Source of the DNA: Octopus vulgaris
Lineage: Eukaryota
Reading direction: 5' to 3'
Length of the DNA: 64,000 bases
NCBI GenBank assembly: GCA_951406725.2
Contig: OX597817.1
Coordinates: forward strand, 128,464,001 to 128,528,000
Part shown: positions 13,925 to 27,960 of the stretch, piece after piece
How the letters are laid out: each line of letters opens with the position of its first letter
Position numbering within the stretch: position 1 is the stretch's first letter
The notes under the pieces: generated by a model
Database searches by the model: none
What the model was told of the DNA's origin: nothing
Seen by the model: only the letters and a program-made list of their open reading frames with translations
Position numbers and translations under genes: made by a program

Positions 13925-14935
13925 TGTTAAAAATTAATACGGAAAAAATAGATAAATAGTTACCAGGGTAGCAAAAAATCACACGAGTAAAAAGTGTATG
14001 ACTCCTTGTTTTTAAAGGTAGAAGCTCCGAGTTTATGTGAAATAATTTGTATAATATATATAAATATATAAATGGAGTTAAACGCAGGTGTTATTCAAAT
14101 TCTTTTACTTCCGACACATGTTTTGAAGATATCACTGGTATTATTCCAAAGGAATAAAATGGTGTAAAACATTATAATCTTCTCTTCAGGGAAATGAAGA
14201 AATGAAACTCGTCAATAAGACATTTTAACAGAATATGATGGATATGTATAGTGATTAACTGAACGCTATTAAGTTTGTTATAAAAAACGTTAGAGAATAA
14301 AACGTCAAAGCTAGCCTATAGAATGAGGAGGGTTAAAGGAAAGAATACACCAAATAAATGAGAAGTATATAACGATATGTAAACTAAATAAAACCCAAAA
14401 GTCTTGGAAAAATATATATCTAGTGAATGTGCAATGTAAGAAGAAAACTGATGTTTAAATTATACATAATGATAGATATCGCTTATATGAACTAAAGGTG
14501 TATTTCTGCCAATGTTTGCATCGGTGTGCTAGCTCTATAACCGTGTTTACAGGGGGATTTTTAGAAAAAAGAATAAAAAATAGTTCAGAATTACAGAGAA
14601 GACAGAATTCCATGCCTTTATCAAAAGGGATCGAAATTGAGAATATCGACCAATCTAAATTAAATTGTCTATAGTGGTATTTTAGTTACCAAATTAATTT
14701 ACTAAGCCCTGTAGTGTTTCGTTTATTCCTATCCCTAAATGCAGAGTAATTATTAGAAATTCTTTTAGATAACTGAAAAGATGAACTGCCTATATAACAA
14801 AATACTTCATTACCAGAAGTAATTTTACACTGGTATATATAGTTTTAATTTTAGAGTTACTTGACATAAACTTGATTCTGTTGTAATTGACTTCATATAA
14901 AACAACCTTGTTATCAATATTTCTAAACACAATAA
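13925..14935 (-). mobile_element. decayed Penelope-like element (Naiad-type): GIY-YIG endonuclease plus 3' region with HHR
   Basis: 14838->~14480 translates [27 protein letters not shown]...TTGLSKLIW*LK...LDWSI...FCLLCNSE...(frameshift)RCKHWQKY; HHR motif downstream. Confidence 0.8.
14109..14193 (-). ncRNA. type I hammerhead ribozyme, one core mutation
   Basis: TTCC-CTGAAGA-GAAGAT...ATCTTC-AAAA(for GAAA)-CATGTG-TC-GGAA; stems I and II pair. Confidence 0.7.
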
Positions 14936-14945
14936 TATGTGTGTA

Positions 14946-15003
<58 letters not shown>

Positions 15004-15078
15004 TATAAATATATATTTATGTGTGTCTGTATGCATATATGTATGTATGTATATATATATATACATTCCCCACGGAAT

Positions 15079-15153
<75 letters not shown>

Positions 15154-15597
15154 TGTATTTCGTTTTTGTATGTGGTTTTCGAGATTCTTTATGTGAAATC
15201 GTGTGTTGAAGCATATTTTATTGCCTGGGTAAAGTCATTCTCTTTTAGTGCCTTTTTACTTTAACATACGCACCGGACCGATTTCCATCCATTTACTTAT
15301 TTTTTACTAAAATTTTCGTTGCGACTTGCAAAAAGATCTTTACAATACAATACAACAACCTATGTGTGTTACAATACAATATAATAATGTATGTGTTTAT
15401 TCTTTAATGTGTATAAATATACTGAGGTCGAGCGGAAAAGGCTGTCGAGTGTTACATAACGGGCAGAATCAACGACTATTGAAAAGGTTGCAAGTCGCAG
15501 CGAAACATTTTGTAAAAAATAAGTGAATGAGTGGATATAAGACTGGCACTAAAAGAGAATGACTCTCTAGATACAATAATGTATGTGTGTGTGTGTT

Positions 15598-15735
<138 letters not shown>

Positions 15736-17240
15736 GTTGTATGAGTATGTGCGTGTGTGAGTATGTATATACATGGTGGATATGTATATAATATGAGAGA
15801 AAGAAAAGGAAATTCACGAAACTCTTTCTCTTTATTCACTACGATCTTTTCGACCAATCAAACACCGATGCCTTGCTGGTGAGATGTTGTATAAACAGTC
15901 GCAGTGCATTGTAGGTCCCCTCAGGTGACTTTTCAAACGTTTCAATGGTGCCTCGTTTTGTTTTTATTCGCAATTCACTTATTTCTATAGCAATGCATTT
16001 TGGTAATTGTAGTCTCCATAAGGAACTAAGATATGATGAAGAATTATTCACATATATGAAATTAAATAACCTATTAACGGAGTCAAAATTTAAAATAAAA
16101 TGAATGAATCACACTTGATAAAATACTGTCAAATATAATCATAATATATACACGCGATCAAAATAGAAGAAAAAGCAATCGGACATTGAAATCAACCATT
16201 ACATTTCATCAAAACAAATAATCTAGCATGTATATAGATTCATACGTACACACACAACAACACACATCCATACACATATCTACAGACACTCCTATAGACA
16301 TTTTCGGTGCTACTTTGGCGTGTGACCTACAACTTCAAGGGCGATTACTTTAGGTTAGTTTTTAGTTTCATTATGTGGCAAACTCGCAGCTGTCAAACGT
16401 GTTTCATCCACACGCTTATTTTAATTATTAAATTGTTTATTCTTGGTTCCTTATTATTATTCGCTAAGACATAAGTGAATCGTAATTTCAATATTATTAA
16501 TAGAATAGTAAGTATTTTGAAAAAATACATTTACAATGCTAAGTATGTACAAAAGAACTTAGCCAAAATGTTAAGGGTTTTTAGCAATTGAAAAGTAAAC
16601 TAAAAAGGAACCTAAAGTAATCGTCTTTTAGGTTGTGGATCACACGCCAAAGTTGACCCCCATTTGATTTGATCCGTGTCTTCTCATTTTAAGCTTCACA
16701 AGCAGTGTTGGTTTGTTTACATCTCTTTTCGGCAATAGATACTTATTGAATAAGTATTAGACTTTAAAAAGATAAGTACTGGTGTTGATTTATAACTAAA
16801 AGCTATCCAAGCCAGTCTCCCTGTATGCCAGCAGTCCGATAGCTGAAGCGAGTAAAAGGTAAAAGATAAGTTTACGCTAAATTTTAACCATATTCCTCTT
16901 ACCAACTTGTCCTCGTAAAACCTGCAGAGGTCCTGCCTACTGTCCTTTCTCCAAACTAACCAGGAGAACGCGTGCGTGCACACACACACATGCACACACA
17001 CACATGCACACACAAATATGCGTTCAGATAAAAATTACAAACCTCATTGAGCGATAGCAAAATCATATCAAATTACTGATTAGATACCAAAAATAAGAAT
17101 GTTGAATATTATAGTTAATAATCAACTGCAAGGTAACTATATAAACCGTGGTTTCTACATATTTAGTTATTATTATAAAATAAGAAAATATAGAGATAAT
17201 TAATAAATTATTATTTATTAATTAAAAAATTGACAAACAT

Positions 17241-17276
17241 CCCTTACAGCTGTTTCAGTTCAAGATCTTCAGAAAA
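17241..17276 (-). ncRNA. decayed HHR-like motif
   Basis: CTGAAGA-tcttgaact-GAAACAGCTGTA-aggg; same GAAACAGCTGTA as 59787-59835, but stems I and II are weak. Confidence 0.4.
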
Positions 17277-17496
17277 TTATTTGAGATATACAAAGTAGGT
17301 GTTCTATTCCTGCATGTTGAGTAAACGTCTGCAAACCGTTATCTGATAAAATTTATACATAAAGGCCATAGTATGAAACATGGTATAGAACTTTGTATGG
17401 GGAAGAAGGTTGTGTATATTGGAGTTGTAAAGTAAGAATAGATCAATAAATTTATCTAGAGTATCTATCTATCTATATTATATATATATACATACA

Positions 17497-18028
<532 letters not shown>

Positions 18029-18159
18029 TATATATATATATATATAAGCTGATATCTTGTATTAACCATTCAACAATGTGAAAGTGACAGTCATTGTACG
18101 AGTAAATTTGTTTTAAGGCATGTTAGACCGTTTATAACGTAGACGTATTGCTGCCAAAA

Positions 18160-19300
18160 CCTATTTCCTGGTAAGGGTGGTACACTGGTAGAAACTTAAG
18201 ACTTGTGGTATTTGTTCCGCATCTTTTCGTTCTCAATTCAAATCCCACTGAAGTTAACTTTCCCTTTCATACTGCCGGGGTTTATAAAATAAAGCGACAG
18301 CAAAATGCTCTGTGAACATAATCGACAGTTCCCTTTATCCAAATAGGGGTTACTGTACCCTTTTAAGATATTAATATATATTACCCAGTAAAAACGATGG
18401 CTCAGCAAAATCGGTAGAGCGTGTGTGATTAGCACTTGCAGAATTTAATTGCTTTTCATCATTACGGGATCGATAATATGAAGTAGCAATCAAGTTCTGA
18501 GGACGATTTAATCGACTAATCTCTCCTCCAACAGGTGTGGCTTTGTGAAAATGCTAAAAAAAATCAATATATATTAACCAGTCAGTGCAAATAAGGGAGC
18601 CATAACGCTTAGATTAATTTCGAACAAAATAATGTATATAAATATAAACTAGCGAAAACACCTCATTCTGGGTGCTTTTCTGCTAGTCATTATTCTGAGG
18701 ATACGCAGGGTGGCGAGCTGGTAGGATTGTTAGCACGTCGGAAAAGATACTTAGTGACATTTCTCCCGTCATTACGTTGAGTTCAAATTCCACCAAGGAA
18801 TTTCATCGACCCCGTTCGGAGTCGATAACATAAATATGTATTGAGCCCCGAAGTCAATGTAAATGACTTGCCCCCTCCCCCGAACTTGCTAGCTTTGTGC
18901 CAAAATTTCAAACCATCTTGTCAGGATATGAAAGAAATGTAAGTTAGCGGCATTGTTAACACCCTGAACAAAATGCTTAGCGACATTTCGTCCGTCTTTA
19001 CGATCTGATTTCAAATTCTTTGATTTTCTTTCTTTCTGAGCCGATGAAGTAAGTACCAGTCAAACACAAACGTCAATCTAACTGACCAGCTCGCTCCTAG
19101 TAAATTTCAGGTCTGTGCCTATAGTAAAAAGGATTATTATAAGGATATGCAAAATAGCGGGATGACAGAACCATTAAAGTGCTTTCCTGCACACTTTATG
19201 TATTTCCTGCACTACTTTGTGGTATTTCTTCTGGGTCTTTACGGTCAACCATGCATTTCATCTCTCCGGATCGAGAAAGTGAGATACCAGTCTAATATTG
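18160..19300 (+). mobile_element. cluster of about 5 decayed co-oriented SINE family A copies
   Basis: Repeated GTTAGCAC/TTCAAAT/TTTCATC/GTCGAT blocks at ~18170, 18390, 18708, 18945 and 19155. Confidence 0.7.
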
Positions 19301-19321
19301 TGAGGTACCCGTCTAATAAAA

Positions 19322-19574
19322 GGTAAAGTTTCCTTCTGGAGTTGTACCGACTCATAAGGGCCAGTTTCTCAGTTTCATGAGGTATATATTCCCCACCTGG
19401 ATGGGACGCCTGTCCGTCGCAGGATTACTCACTTTTACCAGTTGAGTCGACTGGAACGATACGAATTGAAGTATTTTGCTCGAAAACGCCAACGCGTCGC
19501 CCGGCACAAGAATCGAAACCACACTCTTACGATCATGAGTCTAACACCCTAACCACTAAGCAGTGCGCCTCCAC
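19322..19574 (-). mobile_element. tRNA-derived SINE family C
   Basis: Minus strand GTGGAGGCGCACTGCTTAGTGGTTAGGGTG...GGTTTCGATTC. Confidence 0.8.
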
Positions 19575-20153
19575 GTCTAATCCTGGGGTCGATGGTATCA
19601 ACTAACGGCTTCTACTGTTTAGCATTATGCCTATTTTAAAATCACTTATCATTGGAAGATACGTTATACTTGTGCATAGACACTCATACACAGATACACC
19701 CACTCAAATCTACACACGCTTCGCGTGTACGCACGCACGCACACACGTACACACACACATTACACATCACACACATATAAGCATCAACATTTCCTTTTGA
19801 CATAACGTTACTAATAGCAAGGTAGAACACAATATACATATACTTCAGAATAAAGTGTTAGGTCAATACAGAGCATAATGATATAAACAAGGTAATACGA
19901 ATTACGAAATCAACTTCATTAGCTAACAGTTATTTCTGCTATAACTCGCAGTGCACTCAGAGGTGAGTGCTAGTGCACTACCTTTATAATTTCCTCAGAG
20001 CATCTGAAATGAAGTGCAAGTATATTTGGGAAAGCATTTACTTACATTGAAAAGATCATCGTAAGAAATGGAATATAAAGATTGAAAGATAGAAGCCACT
20101 CCCAGAAAATTTGATAATTCAATAAATATATATATATATAAATGTGTGTGTAT

Positions 20154-20199
<46 letters not shown>

Positions 20200-20565
20200 C
20201 ACGGTTGAATCACGAAATCCTCTATAAATAAATTATTCAATCGCATAGACGAAAAAGAAAAAAAATAGGCAGAATACGTATGTATATTAATACACATTTA
20301 AACATCGTACGTATGTCTGACAATAACCACCCTGACAAAAAAATAAAACAATGGAGACGGACAGAAAATGATAGAAGCCAAAATTTAAAGAGAAAGAGAG
20401 AGAGAGAATAACCCCCAGAGAGGAACACACGCATTCACACACATGAACATATAAACATACATATATATGCGTATATACTTAAATGCATACACATATACAT
20501 ACATGAGTGTGTATGTGTGTGTATATATATATATACACACACACAAACACACATATATGTGTGTG

Positions 20566-20613
<48 letters not shown>

Positions 20614-21045
20614 TACATACACACACATGCATACACATATATACACGTATAAACAGAGACACACATACACATACACGCACACTTTCACACACGCATGCAC
20701 GCACGTTCCCTTCTACCCTCTCTCCCACTCTCTCTCTCTCTCTCACCTGACATATATAGAAATACACTCACTCTTACAGACACTGACGTACAGAAATATA
20801 TATAAAGGAATCTCTCGAAAGATATATACATATATCTATCTGTACGATCAGTGCCTACATATGCTTGTAGTAATAAAGAGACACACATGAAAGTTGCCTG
20901 CACAGTGTTATAATCCCAACTATACATATATAGATACAGGATTGATTTCATACAGATATTAAAAACAAATGTACATGACAGGGGAAAATAAACATGGAGG
21001 TATGTGCCAAGAAAGGCGGACATGCATTTGTAGATACAGTTACAG

Positions 21046-21121
<76 letters not shown>

Positions 21122-21265
21122 TATACATATTTTATTTATATTATTATATGATTGAACGACATGTATCCATTTCCAAGTAAGTTTATATATATATATATAT
21201 ATTTATATATATGCATATATGTACATATATATATATATATATCTAAACATATATATGGGTAAATG

Positions 21266-21597
21266 TAAAGACCTCCTTCGGTCATGAGTGACCATGGGAT
21301 TGCACCAAGAAAGTTCCCCTCCGATGTATAAGTCCAGGCAAATTTGCTTATGGAAACCAGCGTCGCACATGCATACCGGCCTCCCCTCCCACGTCACTGA
21401 TGTTATCCAAGGGAAAGGCAAAAACCGATGCAGCTTGGCACCAGCAACGTCGCAACTCATTTCTACAGATGAGTGAACTGGAGAAATGTGAAATAAAGTG
21501 TATTGCTCAAAAGCGCATTACACAGCCCGGTATGGAAATCGAACACACTACCTTGTGATTGTATGGTCGACGCTCCAACCTCTGAACCATACGCCTA
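21266..21597 (-). mobile_element. tRNA-derived SINE family C
   Basis: Reverse-complement match to 31253-31590 over head, body and tail. Confidence 0.85.
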
Positions 21598-21599
21598 TA

Positions 21600-22250
21600 T
21601 AGTATACTGTTCCTTGATCAACAAAATGGTACACCATCTTATGAGATATATATAGTGTTCAATAAAAAGGTATATATTTTTCTGAACTACTAATAGTTTC
21701 ATGCGATGAAAACGACTCAGCGTTTTATAATACGTCTGGTGCTTCATGCTATTTTAGGCTCTGCCCACATGGCACATACAAGCTAAAAGAGAATAAAAGA
21801 AAATATAAGAAAAGGAGAGAAGAAATTAGATGTAAAAGCTGGAAAGATGAAGAACCGGAAAACGAAAGGAAAAAAAGAAAAAAGGAGGAGAATTAGAGTT
21901 ATGTTTCCTTTGGCCATAAACCCCTAATAATGGTGAATGGACAGGGACCTAGAGTCTACGGTACAGCTGCTCAATCTTGAGAAGGTTTTATGTTTCATTT
22001 TGCCAACAGGAATTCATCCATATATTTACATCCACTGAAAATTTCAGTTCTAAAATTCAGCAGTTCAGTGGCGTTCTTAGATCTGGAAAGGGTCTGTTGT
22101 CTTGCATAGCTTGCATAGCTTGCATAGCTTGCATTTCTTTGTATCCGCTGAGATATGGTGTGGACTTTTTAACAATTTTCCATTTGATTTTATATGGTGT
22201 AATGTTAGACTTCAAACCCCATTTTGTCCAAAAAGGATCATGTCCAAGTA
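21600..22250 (-). mobile_element. decayed Penelope-like (Naiad-type) 3' fragment
   Basis: LKSNITPYKIKWKIVKKSTPY..(CKLC region amplified as TGCAAGCTA x3)..LNFRTEIFSGCKYMDEFLL; T-rich UTR; decayed HHR at 21684-21761. Confidence 0.7.
21684..21761 (-). ncRNA. decayed type I hammerhead ribozyme
   Basis: GAGC-ctaaaa(decayed core)-tagcATGAA...TTCATcgcat-GAAAC-tatta-GTA-GTTC. Confidence 0.45.
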
Positions 22251-22271
22251 TATGTGTATATATATATGTGT

Positions 22272-22309
<38 letters not shown>

Positions 22310-22329
22310 GTGTGTGTGTGTACTTTTTC

Positions 22330-23680
22330 TTTATCACATGTTTTGTTGGAACTCTTGGAGCCTACCTCTAGCATACGGTACCATGCTATTCGTACTTTTC
22401 AGCTATCTAATACTCTCCTGGTTATTCTGGCTGTGCCAAGGAGGTAAAGTTTTTGTTACAGTTCTACTAGGCACTCTATTCCAATTTACCTTATATTTCC
22501 CTTGATGCCAATGACCCACCAATAATTGGTACTATCTTCACCTTCTTCATTTTCCATAACCGGGCTATTTTGTACATAAGAGGGTTGTATTTATCTATCT
22601 TTTTGCCTTCTTTCTTGATTATTCGGGGGTCAAAGGGACATGCAACATCAACTACATAGTCCGGTCTGTCATGCTCTAACACCTGATCAGTTTGGATTGG
22701 GAAATCCCAGAAGATTTTGCTAGTCTCCGACTTCACCACTCTCTGCAGTGTGCTCTTACCACGTCTTGCCTCTCTCTAGCCCCCACTTTTCGCACAGCTT
22801 CCAATGTAGCACTTTCGCTACTTGGTCGTATCGTCACAACTTGTAATTGTTTTGGGCAAGTCTAGGGCATTCGCTCCTGACATGGGCAAAGGTTTCATCC
22901 ACTCAATTGCAGATGCAGCACAACGGAGACACTTGCTCATTCCTCATGTTGACCCTTCAATTTGTGTCCAGAGCTTGGCCCTGCACTGCCAGTCTAGTGC
23001 TCTCGGTTTATTTTTTCAGTATTCCTTTCATCAGCCAATCTCACCTATTTTTTCCAGCAACTTCTGTTGTGGTTACATGGAATTGATTGCGTAGTCTCTT
23101 CTTACGTAGTTCTTCTTCATGTCCTTTTTGTACTTCTTCCTTTGTTTTCCCCTTTTTTCTCTGCTCTCATTACTCTCTTGTTCCTAACTGTCACTAGCAA
23201 GGTTTCTTTACTTTGGGCTTGGTATCTCATTAAGCTCTCGAGTTCGATACGCACGCAGTCTTCCTCACTTATCAGTCTCCTTCCTCCATTTGCTCTCCTC
23301 ATGTATAAGCGAGCAGTATCTGCACGTAGATGAGGAGCTCCATGCATTTTTAGGAGCTTTCTTGACTTCCTTTTCATCTCCATTAACTCCTTCTCTGTCC
23401 ACTTCAGGATTTCAGGATCATACCGCACAACTGTGACTGCGAAAGAGTTTATTGCCGAAATGATGTTTCTAGCATTCAGCTCTGAAGCCAATATCTCTCT
23501 CACGCGCCGCAGGTATTCTCTTTTTTGCTTTCCTTAATGTCGTGTTGTTTAATTCTATCTACTTCAAGTATTCCCAGGTATTTATAGCTCGATTGAGATT
23601 GAATTGCTTTTACCATTTCACCACTTGGCAACCATATGCCTTCTTTCCTGGCAAGCTTTCTCCGTCTCATTACCATCGTA
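22330..23680 (-). mobile_element. R4/Dong-like non-LTR retrotransposon fragment (RT C-terminus plus RLE)
   Basis: REILASELNARNIISAINSFAV..ADTARLYMRRANGGRRLIS and FWDFPIQTDQVLEHDRPD..DVACPFD; frameshifted. Confidence 0.85.
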
Positions 23681-23880
23681 GCACATATATATTTATATAT
23701 TTATATGTATGTATATGAATATGTATATACACACATATATTTATATGTATATATATACACACGCATATATATATGTATGTGTGTGTGTGTATGTATATAT
23801 ACACACACACATATATATGTATATGAATATTTATATATATATGTGTATATATATGTATATATATATATGTGTGTGTGTGG

Positions 23881-23933
<53 letters not shown>

Positions 23934-23957
23934 AATATATATGAATATATATATATA

Positions 23958-24434
23958 CCTACGCCACACCTAGAACCAACCACGAGTCCGATCTACGCTT
24001 TCAATTGGATTTGATATTTACATATCTATGGTATCCTACCATCATTTGATACCGTCATTGTTTTGTGTTGTTTGATCTCACTGTAAACCTTTTGTTATTG
24101 TACCAAACCGTTTCTGGTGTCCTATGTGTTGATGTACCTAGATTTATTGAATCTTATAACTATGTGTATGTACGTGTATATAAAGAGGATAACACGTTCA
24201 CCTTTTTTTAAATTTAGATTTTTATTTTTACTTTCTTCTTTTCCATTTTTTAACCTTCCGCGTTTTCTATATGCGGCCTTCTCAGTTTTGTCGCATTTCT
24301 TCTTTTATTCAATTTTTTTAGTTCGTTATATGTGATTTGTGCCTGATGAATATATGCCTGAGATTTTTTCTCAACATATGAAACTATTAATGGCGCTTAA
24401 AGACATGTGTTGTGTCCTTTAAATAAACAATTTA
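23958..24434 (+). mobile_element. Penelope-like 3' fragment with decayed HHR between (TA)n and (GT)n
   Basis: T-rich tract then GTGC-CTGATGA-at-ATATG..TGAGA/TCTCA..CATAT-GAAAC-tatta-atg-GCGC at 24339-24396; same loop III as 21684-21761. Confidence 0.55.
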
Positions 24435-24439
24435 TGTTT

Positions 24440-24482
<43 letters not shown>

Positions 24483-24797
24483 CATGTGTGTGAGCATGTG
24501 TGTGTGTGTGTGTGTGAGCATGTGTGTGAGCATGTGTGTGTGCACGTGCGCACCTTTTTCGTCAACACTTGCTGTGTTGCCACTTATGGTTGCATTGCAG
24601 AAATTACGATGCTTCTTGAAACACTCAAACCCTCCATAATCTTGCATTAGTGTCTTAGGTGGCACGTTCTTTCGGTATTTCAAACAAATTATTTGCTTGA
24701 CCTGTACATTTAAAAGACTACGTAACATTCGTTTACAACCTGGTCCTTCATCCATGTCGCTTAATTTTTTTCACTCCTTCGAGTACCACAATATATA

Positions 24798-25012
24798 TAA
24801 ACTTAGATAAACTTAGATATGTTTCGACCAAAGATTGGTCCAGGCCAAGTCTAACTTAATAGCACCACTTGATAGGATTATCTAAATCCTGTTTACGTCA
24901 AGTTTTGTTTACGGTCCATTCAAGTAGTGGGATTCTTTTCCTCTTTGATCTCTTTCGGGACATTGTTAAACAGGGCAGGGCCTGTTGAGGAAAAGAAATT
25001 ATGTTGTAGTGT
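24798..25012 (-). mobile_element. CR1/L2-group LINE 3' end
   Basis: HNFFSSTGPALFNNVPKEIK C-terminal motif, 3' hairpin GACCAA/TTGGTC, short tandem tail (TATCTAAGTT)x2. Confidence 0.6.
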
Positions 25013-25419
25013 ACCTATATGCTGTTTCTTTTTTATTTTTGATAATGATTATAGAGTTAGAGAGGAAAATACCTTTACTTATCAGTGCTTTGGTGCACGC
25101 TTTTAAAATTCAAAAGATCGTAGACTAAGGTAAATTGAAATCAGATGTAAGCACTGAAACAATCATTCATTCTTCTTAGCTAATGTATCATTTCTTTGTT
25201 TTCAAGTCGATTGTCATTCATTAAATATCAGCAATGAACTAACTTAGATTTTTATGCATGTTAGACATGTTAGGGATGTTTGAACCGCCTATGTCAGTTA
25301 ACATAAAAGTCGGCATAAATTACATTCACGTTTGAACGGCCGAGTAGCCGCTTCAGCATCCAGGCATAATGCAGTAGAATTTGTGAGACAGTTTGTTTTC
25401 GAGTGAAAGCTGTGATGAA

Positions 25420-25499
25420 TGCTTAACGTAGCATACTCTAGCGAAACATAAATTCTGAGTGGAGTTCTTTGGAGAACTCTCTTGGAACAACTGTTGTTA
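25420..25499 (+). repeat. dispersed repeat, reverse complement of 30481-30555
   Basis: GAGTGGAGTTCTTTGGAGAACTCTCTTGGAACAACTGTTGTTA is shared exactly. Confidence 0.8.
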
Positions 25500-25592
25500 C
25501 ATGTTCCTTTGACCCACGAATATTCAAGAAGGAAAGCGAAACCATAGATAAATACAACACTCTTATGTACAAAATAGCCCGGTTATGGAAAT
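25500..25592 (+). mobile_element. small R4/Dong RLE fragment
   Basis: CSFDPRIFKKESETIDKYNTLMYKIARLWK is nearly the same as the element at ~22550-22645. Confidence 0.75.
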
Positions 25593-25649
25593 ACTTCTAT
25601 ATTTATTGCTCATGTCGTATTTATTGTTTTCCTCGGAACAAATTAAGAC

Positions 25650-26320
25650 CTGCTGTTGATGTTATTGCTGTTAACGTCATCAACGTAATTTCAGTTGATG
25701 TCATCGACGTCGTTGTTTCTGTTGGTTTCGGTGTTGTTGTTGTTGTTGTCGTTGCTCATGATTGGTGCTGTTATTATCAAGGCGCCGTCGTTGTTATTGT
25801 TCTTATTGCTGTTTTATTGTTATTACCGTTGTTACTGTTGTTGGTGTCATTGCTCTTGTTGTTGGCCTCATTATTGCCATTACTGATAACGTTGATGTTT
25901 GTTGTCGCTGTCGCTGTTGCTGTTATTGGTGTTGGTGTCATCGTTGTTGCAGCGGTTATTGTTACTGTCAGTGGCGTCGTTGTTGTTGCTGACGGCGACT
26001 TTGTTGTTGTTGTTGTTATTGTTTTTGTTGTTGCTGCTGCTGTTGTTGTTTTCTGTCTCGTTCGTGATATGCACGACTTATTCACTAATCCTGATGAAGC
26101 TTTGATTCTTTTTCGTTTGAGTGAATATGAATTATTGCCTCTATGTTTTTTTCTTTCAACATAAAGCAAAACATACATGCACTTCTATACACACATACAC
26201 GACATATATATAAACACAGACAACACTATGACAGCAGCATCAGCCATCATAACCATCATCATCAGCAGCAGCAGAAACAACAACAACAACAACTACAACA
26301 ACAGCAACAGCAACATTGCC
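25650..26320. repeat. degenerate (GTT)n and (CAA/CAG)n low-complexity tract
   Basis: Seen directly. Confidence 0.85.
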
Positions 26321-26542
26321 ATGATCTTCTGAACAAAATTAAGGGAGCAGTCATTTCTGCAAATGAATGTCTATAAATGCCATATTTATGTCAGTCGCTA
26401 TATTATTATCAATTGTTTTTTCGCTTTCTGCTTCATAACAAGAATAGCTATGTATTTGTGTGTGTGTGTGTGTGTATGTGTGTGTATGTGCGTGTGGTGT
26501 ATATACATGAAATTAAAGATGCATGCTTATACCTGTATATAA

Positions 26543-26583
<41 letters not shown>

Positions 26584-26597
26584 CATATGCATGTATA

Positions 26598-26660
<63 letters not shown>

Positions 26661-26746
26661 TCATATATGCATGCACACTCATATACATTTGCAAAGCTAT
26701 GTATAGCAATATGATTTATATCCTAACACACACACAACACGACGCA

Positions 26747-26820
<74 letters not shown>

Positions 26821-27439
26821 CATACACACATATACATGTACTTGTGCACATACACGCTCGCACGCACACAAGCACATACAAACATACGCACAAATGTGTT
26901 TGCTTGTATGGATTTATGTGCGTATGTATGTATGTATGTATGTATGTATGTATGTATGTATGTATGTATGTATGCATGCATGAATGCATGTGTACGTGTG
27001 TACGTCTGACTGTGTGAATGTATATATGTATTTAACCCACCTATTGATTTATGTGAAATTCAGTTAAAGAGGCGCCATTTCCAAAGTAATATCATAAAGG
27101 CGATCAGCATTTTATTATTAACTCAGTGGGGCTCTATTTTACGTCAAATAATCGGTTGATCTGTCTTGCACCACTGCGTAATATGATTTGTGATGCTTAG
27201 CACGCACGTTAAACTTTAGCTGGATTCTTATGTTGCAACCTGTTTGATATTAAATACCTGCGGTGATATAAATACACAGAAGAAGTATGACTTCAAGTTT
27301 TACTTTCGTAATGTGGGTTTCATATCCTAGTTGAGTAGTTTGGTTTTGATTATTTTTCTCTCTTTTTGTTTATAGATTTTAGTTACTTTTTTTTTTTACA
27401 AAATTAAGTTAATTAGTCTTATGATTTGTTTTAGTACCT

Positions 27440-27960
27440 GTCTGGGTTAAGTGTATCCTGAAGCACTGTCTTCAGAGTTGGATGTTTTGTGTTACACATG
27501 CCATCTCTGTCGTATGTCCAGGCGTTCAAACGGTTTTTGTATGCCCTTTTAAATTTGGCATTTCCAACTGTTAAATCAATGAATTATTAGTTATGAATAG
27601 TTATAACCTTCAACAGATGGCTTGACATGGGATGTTAGAAAGAAATATAATTATGGACATTTAAATTCTAAATTGTGTCTATTCAGCTTTTTGGTACAAC
27701 ATTTTGAGAAAGGAACTATTGATATCTAACAGTATGGCTCATTCTTTGTTCCGTTCTTTCTTGTATGCCACAGTTTAGAGTAATACTTTCGAAAATCTCC
27801 CTTGCATAACACGTCGGCACATCGTTCCGAGTCGCGTTCCAGAATTATCAGAGGTAATGCACTTAGGCATTCCGAGGATATAGGCTCTCCGATTTTGTTT
27901 TGTGAATACTTTTGGCAACATCTTCAATTTATAGGTAAAGAATTAGCTCTCGAAGGTCGA
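27440..27960 (-). mobile_element. heavily decayed Ty3/Gypsy integrase remnant
   Basis: LGMPKCITSDNSGT (GxPxxIxSDNG motif) near 27830-27875; possible HV..QL.R remnant near 27470-27500. Confidence 0.4.

Noticed and set aside
15839-16051. 70-aa ORF faintly like a mariner N-terminus
   Set aside because: Similarity too weak to call by eye
24812-24850. GACCAA/TTGGTC hairpin followed by GAAAC on the minus strand, HHR-like
   Set aside because: No CUGANGA core; context fits the 3' stem-loop of a CR1/L2-type LINE
25469-26178. 231-aa hydrophobic ORF resembling a membrane protein
   Set aside because: An R4/Dong fragment fused to degenerate (GTT)n
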